A stretch of DNA of 64,000 nt from a bacterium. GTDB lineage: Bacteria > SAR324 > XYD2-FULL-50-16. The stretch covers positions 59,274 to 123,273 of the forward strand of contig JAVVEA010000010.1 of assembly GCA_032250835.1 (NCBI GenBank). Reading direction: 5' to 3'. The notes under the pieces were generated by a model. It was not told the DNA's origin. It was given only the letters and a program-made list of their open reading frames with translations, and made no database searches. Both the position numbers and the translations under genes were made by a program. Shown in pieces: positions 57,434 through 64,000 of the stretch (position 1 is the stretch's first letter; every line of letters begins with the position of its first letter).

Positions 57434-58939
57434 ATGATTGAAGCCTATTCTAGACGCCAGCTGATCGGTTTGTTTGCGGGCCCGGTGGTCTTTGTCTTGT
57501 TGTTGCTTTTGCCGGTTCCGGGTGGGCTTAAGCCAGAGGCTTACCGGGTTATGGTGGTGGCGGTATTGATGGCTACTTGGTGGGTGACCGAGGCGATCCC
57601 TATTCCGGCCACGGCGCTCCTGCCAATTGCCCTGTTCCCGACCTTGGGGGTGATGCCCTCCAATTCGGCCACGTCGCCCTACGCCAACCACTTGATCTAT
57701 CTTTTTTTGGGCGGCTTTTTTATTGCCATGACCATGGAGAAGTGGAACCTGCACAAGCGCATCGCCCTTTACACCATCCGCTTAGTGGGGACCAGCCCGA
57801 ACCGGATTGTGCTGGGCTTTATGCTGGCCACCGCCTTTTTGTCTATGTGGATCAGCAATACCGCCACGGCCATGATGATGGTCCCGATTGCCTTAGCGGT
57901 GATCAACCAAGCGGCGCGGACGATCCAAGAGGGCGGTGAAGACATCGACGTGCGGCCCGGTAAATTCCGCTTCGGAATGGCACTGATGCTGGGCATTGCT
58001 TACTCTGCTTCGATCGGCGGCGTGGGCACGATCATCGGAACCCCGCCGAACACCATCATGGTCGGGGTGATCGAAAAAACCTTTGGCGTGCAAGTCTCCT
58101 TCGCCGCATGGATGGCGGTAGGGGTTCCCCTTTCGGTGGTGATGCTGGTGGCAACTTGGTACTACCTGACACGCATTGCCTTTAAAATTAAGATAAAAGA
58201 ACTACCGGGCGGCAGGGAGCTGATCTTGCGCCAAATCCGTGAATTGGGGCCCATGAAGCGCGAAGAAAAGTCGATCTTAGCGGTCTTTTTGTTTGTGAGC
58301 ATATCCTGGATTCTGAGGGGTTTTTTGCATATCCCGGACATCGCCTTAATGCACGACAGCACCATTGCTGTGATCGGTGCGTTGATGTTGTTTGTGATCC
58401 CCTCTAATTTAGCGCAGGGCCGTTTTTTGCTCGATTGGGAGACCGCCAAAAAGGTGCCTTGGGATGTGATTTTGCTTTTTGGCGGTGGTTTGTCTTTAGC
58501 CCATGGCTTTGCCGTGACCGGTCTGGCCCAGTGGATCGGTGAGCAACTGACCAGCATTTCGGGCGCGCCGATGCTGGTGATGATTTTTGTGGTGGTCTTT
58601 GTGACCATTTTCTTGACCGAGATCACCAGCAATACGGCTACGGCCACCATGCTGATGCCGATTTTAGCCAGCACGGCGGTCGCTATGGCGATCCATCCTT
58701 ATGGATTGATGGTCGGCGCGGGGATTGCCGCTTCTTATGCCTTTATGCTGCCCATCGCCACGCCGCCGAATGCGGTGGTGTTCGGTAGCGGCTATGTGAC
58801 CATCCCGCAGATGGCCAAGGCCGGTTTTTGGGTCAACTTGGCCGCCTCAGTGTTGATCACCCTGTTTATCTACTTCTACCTACCTTGGGTCTGGAACCTG
58901 GACCTCGGCAATCTGCCCCTCTGGGCCCAACCTAAATAG
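57434..58939 (+). CDS. DASS/SLC13 sodium:dicarboxylate (or sulfate) symporter
   Basis: SMWISNTAT, IGTPPN, TEITSNTAT and PIATPPNA. Confidence 0.95.
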   Translation: MIEAYSRRQLIGLFAGPVVFVLLLLLPVPGGLKPEAYRVMVVAVLMATWWVTEAIPIPATALLPIALFPTLGVMPSNSATSPYANHLIYLFLGGFFIAMTMEKWNLHKRIALYTIRLVGTSPNRIVLGFMLATAFLSMWISNTATAMMMVPIALAVINQAARTIQEGGEDIDVRPGKFRFGMALMLGIAYSASIGGVGTIIGTPPNTIMVGVIEKTFGVQVSFAAWMAVGVPLSVVMLVATWYYLTRIAFKIKIKELPGGRELILRQIRELGPMKREEKSILAVFLFVSISWILRGFLHIPDIALMHDSTIAVIGALMLFVIPSNLAQGRFLLDWETAKKVPWDVILLFGGGLSLAHGFAVTGLAQWIGEQLTSISGAPMLVMIFVVVFVTIFLTEITSNTATATMLMPILASTAVAMAIHPYGLMVGAGIAASYAFMLPIATPPNAVVFGSGYVTIPQMAKAGFWVNLAASVLITLFIYFYLPWVWNLDLGNLPLWAQPK

Positions 58940-58946
58940 GAAACTC

Positions 58947-59351
58947 ATGCGGATCGAACGGTTAGATCACCTCGTGTTAACGGTGCGGGACCTGGAAGCT
59001 TCGGTTGCCTTTTATCGGGATCTGTTGGGCATGGAGGAAATCGAGTTTGGTGACGGACGGCGCGCCCTGGGTTTTGGCCCCCATAAGATCAACCTGCACC
59101 CCATTGTCTCGGACATAAATCCCCGTGCCGCCCAGCCGGTGGCGGGCAGCGGTGATTTATGTCTGGTGATTCAGGGCTCGATCAAAGCCTTAATCAGCGA
59201 ATTGGACGCCCAAGGGGTCCGCATCGAGCTGGGCCCCGTGCGCCGCACCGGGGCCTTGGGCCCCTTGGTTTCGCTCTACCTGCGCGACCCCGACGAAAAC
59301 TTAGTGGAATTGAGCAGCTACGAACCTGAAGACCGAGAGCTGTTGTATTAG
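58947..59351 (+). CDS. VOC/glyoxalase family protein (YaeR-like)
   Basis: RLDHLVLTVRD, KINLH, GPVRRTGALG and YLRDPDENLVEL. Confidence 0.92.
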   Translation: MRIERLDHLVLTVRDLEASVAFYRDLLGMEEIEFGDGRRALGFGPHKINLHPIVSDINPRAAQPVAGSGDLCLVIQGSIKALISELDAQGVRIELGPVRRTGALGPLVSLYLRDPDENLVELSSYEPEDRELLY

Positions 59352-59695
59352 GGCCTTAGCCCGCCCTCAATGCCCCTAACCCTAAGACTTTTCAGCAAAG
59401 ACCCCGCCTTAGGGGTCTCGCGCTTGATGATGGTTTTTAACTCGCTGGTTAGTCATTGTAGTGGACCCATTTTCTGGACCCTTTCTTAGGCCCGCCTGGG
59501 CTTGAAAGGCCACTTTACCTTCCTGTGTTAAAGGCAACTAAAGACCTGGACCTGGGCTAAGATGACCAAGAGGGGGCTCAAAGGGCCAATAAACTAGGTG
59601 GACTTTCATGACCCTTTAGGGGTAGGCTGGGGCCAGGAAGGAACCTGCAAGCCTATTGTTTCAGGTGTTCTAGCCAAAGACCCAGCAGAAATCCC

Positions 59696-60388
59696 ATGAG
59701 TAAAGTCGACAAAAAAATGGCCTTGGCCCAGCGCCTTAAAGAGCGCCAGGCCCAAATCAATGCCCGCTTTGGCCCCCCCGAAGGTAGCGGTCCGACCAAC
59801 CGCCACGGCATGCCCCAATTGCCGCCGAATCAGCGCCAGGTAACCACTTGGCCGGTTTTGGATTTAGGCGATGTGCCCCAGATTGACCGGGGGCAGTGGC
59901 AGCTGGAGGTGGACGGCTTGGTGGATTGTCCTTACCAACTGGATTTTGAGGGGTTGCTTTCGCTGCCGCAGATCGAAGATATTTCGGACTTCCACTGCGT
60001 AACCGGTTGGAGCCGGATGGACAATCATTGGAAGGGTGTCAAACTGGTGGATCTGGCCGAAAGGGCGGGTGTTAAAGACACCGCGACCCACCTGCTGGTG
60101 ACCGCTTACGACCATGCGCCGGGCACCAACATCCCCTACACCACCAATCTGCCCCTTGAGCAGGCCTTAGAAGAAGACGTCCTGCTGGTTTACCAATGGG
60201 AAGGCAAGCCGCTGCCGAGCGAGCACGGGGGTCCGGTAAGGATGATCACCCCTAAGTTATGGGCCTGGAAAGGGGCCAAATGGGTGCGCCGCTTGAGTTT
60301 TATTGACCGCGATCAACCGGGCTTTTGGGAAGTCCGTGGCTACTCCAACACCGCCGAGCCTTGGCATGACGACCGCTACTCCTATTAA
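59696..60388 (+). CDS. Sulfite-oxidase-family molybdopterin oxidoreductase (YuiH-like, no Tat signal)
   Basis: DFHCVTGWS, YTTNLPL, EHGGPVR, WKGAKWV and GFWEVRGY. Confidence 0.9.
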   Translation: MSKVDKKMALAQRLKERQAQINARFGPPEGSGPTNRHGMPQLPPNQRQVTTWPVLDLGDVPQIDRGQWQLEVDGLVDCPYQLDFEGLLSLPQIEDISDFHCVTGWSRMDNHWKGVKLVDLAERAGVKDTATHLLVTAYDHAPGTNIPYTTNLPLEQALEEDVLLVYQWEGKPLPSEHGGPVRMITPKLWAWKGAKWVRRLSFIDRDQPGFWEVRGYSNTAEPWHDDRYSY

Positions 60389-61145
60389 AGCCCTCTGCCT
60401 CATCCTCGCTTTTCTCTGGGCGGCTCCTCTGTGGGCCGCTTATGAAGAGTTGCGGGTGGAGACCAACAACGAGTTCGGCGGGCGCACTATTGTCTTCCGT
60501 AACAACCTAGAGGGGATTTCGGAGGGGAAAAACTTCTACGACTCTGCCGGTAAGATCATGCGCGAAGAGCGCGATTATACCGACGATTGGGCCAACGCCC
60601 ACGGCACCAAGTCATTGTTAAATGAATATCTTTTTGATATTAAGATCAAAGAAGTACGTGAATACTCTCCGGCCTACGCTGCCCGTCGGTTGATCAAGAA
60701 ACAAATCAACTACTACGAACAGGCCACCGGAACGTTGGTACGGACCGAAAACCACTTTGCCCAGGCCCATTTGGGCTACAACATAGTCTATTTTGATCTA
60801 GGCACCAAAACCCGGATGGAGTGGTTTTATCCGGCCAACGAGTTGGGCTACCAAAAGGTGATCAGCACCTACGACAAAAAGGGCAAGCTGCTACAGACCG
60901 AAAGTTTCTTCACCGAAAAATCTGCGGACTATTATGGTTGTGTCCGCTCGATCTTGGTGACCGATGGCGAGAAGAAACTACGCGAAGAGTGGTTTTTTAC
61001 TGAAAAGTGGGCGGCAGCAAACAACGGTGCGGTGCGCAAGGTGAAGGTTTATTTTTACAATCCCTCTTACCCGCAGGACCCAAAAATTTATTATTTTAAC
61101 GGCCAAGACGAGGTGGTTCAGCCCGTTGAGCCCTTTGAGGACTAG
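60366..61145 (+). CDS. Secreted protein with MORN/YD-like beta-hairpin repeats
   Basis: Signal peptide and about six repeats such as FYDSAGKIMREE and TYDKKGKLLQTE. Confidence 0.7.
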   Translation: MTTATPIKALCLILAFLWAAPLWAAYEELRVETNNEFGGRTIVFRNNLEGISEGKNFYDSAGKIMREERDYTDDWANAHGTKSLLNEYLFDIKIKEVREYSPAYAARRLIKKQINYYEQATGTLVRTENHFAQAHLGYNIVYFDLGTKTRMEWFYPANELGYQKVISTYDKKGKLLQTESFFTEKSADYYGCVRSILVTDGEKKLREEWFFTEKWAAANNGAVRKVKVYFYNPSYPQDPKIYYFNGQDEVVQPVEPFED

Positions 61146-61147
61146 GC

Positions 61148-62440
61148 TTAAGTCTCGGCCACCGGCTGGGACCGATAGAAGATATAGGCCCCGGCCAACA
61201 GGGGCAGTAACAATGAGGCGAAGCCGATCCGGCTGGCTAGATGGGCCCCGCCCACCCCTTCGGGCAACAGCGCCCGCGCACTTAAGCCCACCAGGGCAAT
61301 CATCGCCGGGCCTAAGATGGTGGCGAACTTCCCTAACATATTATAAAACCCAAAAAACTCCCCGGCCTTTTCGGCGGGGATCAGGTCGGCGTAGTACGAC
61401 CGACTCAGGGCCTGCACCCCGCCCTGGACCAATCCAATCAATCCGGCGAGCAAGAAAAATTCCCACTGCTCTTTGAGTCCCACCGCCCAAAGGCAAACGA
61501 AGGCGTAGACCGCTAAACAAACGAAAATCGCCCGTCGCACCCCCCACTTTTGCCCGGCCTTAGAGACCAATATGGCCGAGGGGAAGCCGATCAACTGGAC
61601 CATCAACAGGGCCTTAATCAAGTCCCCGCTCTCAAAGCCCAAAGACATCCCGTAGTCCACGGCCATCACCACCAAGGTGTCCACTACGTCTATGTAGAGC
61701 CAATAGGCAATCAGAAACATCCAGACAGGCCGGTGGCAACGCAGCTCGGCCCAAAGACGCGCTAGTTCAGCCCAGCTTTGTTTAAAGGCCCAGGGCCCGC
61801 CAGTCCGCGCCGGGGGCTCGGGCACCAGACGGTAACAAATCCATGCGGCAGCGGCCCAGCAAGCAGCAGCGACCAGAAAACTAGCTTGAACCGCTTCGGC
61901 GGTACCGGAAAAGCCAAAGCTACTGGGCCATTGCACCATGGCCACGTTCAGGCCGAAGACCAGACCGCCGCTTAGGTAGCCCATGGCGTAGCCTAGGCCC
62001 GAGATCCCGTCCCGTTGCCCGCTCGGTGCTAGCCCCGGCAGGAGCGCATCATAAAATACATTCCCCCCATAAAACCCCAGTACCGCAGCCCCGTAGGCCA
62101 ATACCGCCCAAGCCCAGCCCCCGGCGGGGATAAACGCCAAGAGGGCGGTCATCAGCGCCCCGAAGAGCGCAAAAGACAAGAGTAGAGGGCGCTTGAGCCC
62201 CGCTGCATCAGACAGGCTGCCCAATACCGGGGCCGCTAGTGCCACCATCAAGCTCGCGAGCGAGACGCCCAAGCCCAGCCGCGCGGTGCTCATAGCAGCG
62301 TCGGTTCCTTGGCTCCAATAGCTCTTAAAAAAAAGCGGGAAAAAGCCGGCCATTACGGTGGTCGAAAAGACCGAATTGCCCATGTCGTAACCGACCCACC
62401 CCCAGATTGATTTTTTATGTTTTGTTTTTACTGCTTCCAT
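61148..62440 (-). CDS. MFS transporter, UMF1/ATG22-like family
   Basis: WVGYDMGNS, FYDALLP, GYAMGYLSG, QALSRS and FFGFY. Confidence 0.9.
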   Translation of the reverse strand: MEAVKTKHKKSIWGWVGYDMGNSVFSTTVMAGFFPLFFKSYWSQGTDAAMSTARLGLGVSLASLMVALAAPVLGSLSDAAGLKRPLLLSFALFGALMTALLAFIPAGGWAWAVLAYGAAVLGFYGGNVFYDALLPGLAPSGQRDGISGLGYAMGYLSGGLVFGLNVAMVQWPSSFGFSGTAEAVQASFLVAAACWAAAAWICYRLVPEPPARTGGPWAFKQSWAELARLWAELRCHRPVWMFLIAYWLYIDVVDTLVVMAVDYGMSLGFESGDLIKALLMVQLIGFPSAILVSKAGQKWGVRRAIFVCLAVYAFVCLWAVGLKEQWEFFLLAGLIGLVQGGVQALSRSYYADLIPAEKAGEFFGFYNMLGKFATILGPAMIALVGLSARALLPEGVGGAHLASRIGFASLLLPLLAGAYIFYRSQPVAET

Positions 62441-62551
62441 GCCCTTTCCTTATCCTTTCCGGGGCTAGGGGCCAAGTCTTTTCGAAAGGTTTGATTCCTG
62501 CGAACTTTTACTGTAAAGATGGGTCAACAATACGACGCCTGATGAGGTATA

Positions 62552-62992
62552 ATGAAAAAAGCGGATTTAGCGGTGGTGTTTAGCTCGGCTATTGCCATGG
62601 CCCAGCGCGACGGTAAGTTAGACAAAAAAGAAGCCCAACTGATTCAGGAACTGCTCGATAAGGCCAAGTTAACCCTTTCGGACGTAGGCGGCCTCGATAG
62701 CAAGCCAGGAGCCAAAGACCCGGATCAGGCAGTTTTAGCCCTTAGCTCCGTTAAAGCCAAGCGCACCTATCTGTTGACCCTGGCCTGTGTGGCCTTAAGC
62801 GACGGAGAACTGGCCGATGAAGAGTTGTCTTATTTCGCCGAGAAGGCAATCAAGCTGGGTGTGGGGACCATCGATTTAAGTAATTTGACCTTTGAAAAGG
62901 CGGTGGTTACGGTTAAACGTATTTTAAATGAAGTAGTTGGGGGCGAGTCTAAATTCACTGGGGGCCAGCTAAGCGACATTGATCTTCTATAA
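62552..62992 (+). CDS. TerB-family protein
   Basis: MAQRDGKLDKKEAQLI and VALSDGELADEE motifs. Confidence 0.8.
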   Translation: MKKADLAVVFSSAIAMAQRDGKLDKKEAQLIQELLDKAKLTLSDVGGLDSKPGAKDPDQAVLALSSVKAKRTYLLTLACVALSDGELADEELSYFAEKAIKLGVGTIDLSNLTFEKAVVTVKRILNEVVGGESKFTGGQLSDIDLL

Positions 62993-63004
62993 ACAGGAGT
63001 GGCG

Positions 63005-63496
63005 ATGGTGGAAACGGACATGAACAAAATTCTGGCCATGGGCGGGCGCGCAGCCGCCGAGCTAGAAAAGGAAGCGAAAAGCGGCCAGCCCGATGACCGG
63101 CTCCGCCACCAAGATGTTTTGATCTTCGTGCAAGCAGCACTTCAGATGGCCACTAGCGACGACGACCTGCATGTCACCGAAAAAAGATTGATCAAACGCA
63201 TTGTGCAGGTGGGGCATGTAACGCCCCAGGAACTCAAAGAAGTTCAAGACATGGCCCGCGAGGATATGTCCCACTTGATCCAGCGGCTTTCGGGCCGAAA
63301 AGCCCGCAAAGCTCTGTTGTTGACGCTTGTCGCCGTGGCGCTGGCCGACGATACTTTAGAAGAAAGTGAGAGGAAACTGATTGCCGACATGACCGAAAAA
63401 CTGGACGTCGGCAATATTGACATCAACCAACACAGCTACGAAGAGATGGAATCTTTGGTTCTAAAGTTCGTGGCCAGTGCAAAAGTGAGCCGGTAA
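63005..63496 (+). CDS. TerB-family protein (paralog)
   Basis: MATSDDDLHVTEKRLI and VALADDTLEESE. Shares R...LLTL..VAL and GxID with the upstream gene. RBS AGGAG. Confidence 0.8.
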   Translation: MVETDMNKILAMGGRAAAELEKEAKSGQPDDRLRHQDVLIFVQAALQMATSDDDLHVTEKRLIKRIVQVGHVTPQELKEVQDMAREDMSHLIQRLSGRKARKALLLTLVAVALADDTLEESERKLIADMTEKLDVGNIDINQHSYEEMESLVLKFVASAKVSR

Positions 63497-63633
63497 TGGA
63501 TCAAGCTTTGGGAATTGCTTCGTTGTTGATGATGGCCGGACCTTTGTTGTTCATTGCCACCATTTCGGTGGTGGGACTTTGGGTCAGTGTGGTTCAGGGG
63601 CGGCGCGACGCTAAAGAAGAAGCGCAAAAATAG
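63496..63633 (+). CDS. Small single-TM protein (45 aa, not in the ORF track)
   Basis: TAATG overlap with the TerB gene. Reads MDQALGIASLLMMAGPLLFIATISVVGLWVSVVQGRRDAKEEAQK. Confidence 0.6.
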   Translation: MDQALGIASLLMMAGPLLFIATISVVGLWVSVVQGRRDAKEEAQK

Positions 63634-63822
63634 ATAGTGTCCCCTTTGGCCGTTAGGTTTACACTTATTTCCCACTTTAATCAGATTCGGATTAAACCCT
63701 ACTCTCTGACCCAAACCAAAGCTTGACGGGTTAGATACTCCCCTTGTTGCGTGCGTCATAGAGCCTCCAGCCAAACGGAGCGTTGACGAGGCCAGTTGCC
63801 GAGCACTAAAACATAAAGAGTC

Positions 63823-63993
63823 GGCTGCGCCGATGCTTTAAATGGGCAACGCTCGCCGGCTCGCCTCGCTACGCCCGTCGCCCTCGGCCTGCGGCGGTCA
63901 TGTTTTCTAACGGGATGTTGGCTGCGCCGATGCTTTAAATGGGCAACGCTCGCAGTGCTCGCCTCGCTACGCCCGTCGCCCTCGGCCTACGGC
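63823..63993. repeat. Two ~73-bp hairpin-rich direct repeats (period 97 bp), possibly continuing past the window
   Basis: Copies at 63823-63895 and 63920-63993 share identical 34-bp and 32-bp blocks and are separated by a 24-bp unique spacer. Confidence 0.9.
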
Positions 63994-64000
63994 CTCGAAG

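Noticed and set aside
59352..59695. Moco riboswitch or SRP RNA upstream of the Mo enzyme
   Set aside because: Some hairpins are present, but I could not match the conserved cores by eye.
77..63774. Many long antisense or alternate-frame ORFs in the track (e.g. 7379-8053, 13198-13944, 39213-40004)
   Set aside because: They are shadow ORFs opposite well-supported genes, as expected from GC-rich codon usage.
63823..63993. CRISPR array
   Set aside because: Only two units are visible, the repeat (~73 bp) is far longer than the spacer (24 bp), and there are no cas genes in the window.
63751..64000. Group II intron 5' end (GTGCG at 63751)
   Set aside because: A 5-mer alone is not evidence, and no domain V or RT is visible within the window.

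Overview
This is a mostly housekeeping 64-kb segment of a moderately GC-rich diderm bacterium. The gene set (MqnP, His6-type HisA, PurS-PurL fusion, acnB, two sigma54 activators) suggests a deltaproteobacteria-like lineage, which is inference only. Core genes include the pgk 5' end, yciO/Sua5, trmL, hisA, ftsY, hldD, mnmE, purL, acnB, mazG-rlmE-hslVU-mqnP-degP with a two-component system, tpx and several transporters. I found no rRNA, tRNA, CRISPR array, integrase or intact IS. The most unusual parts are: (1) an operon of a 1309-aa protein (three receiver-like domains, MgtE-N-like repeats, long coiled coils), a methyltransferase and a tandem-TerB protein, next to an orphan PomAB-type stator pair; (2) a cluster with an XRE-ankyrin regulator and what looks like a split, catalytically dead CBS-PAS / AAA-Fis sigma54 activator, with candidate operator repeats; (3) a ~3.2-kb AT-richer islet behind purL holding a diverged purL fragment, toxin-antitoxin modules and remnants, and a PD-(D/E)XK-like protein; (4) a small SutA-like protein behind a sigma54-type promoter; (5) paralogous beta-barrel genes in an all-hypothetical gene run; and (6) a hairpin-rich 97-bp-period tandem repeat at the window end. 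All family calls come from motif recognition by eye, not database searches.
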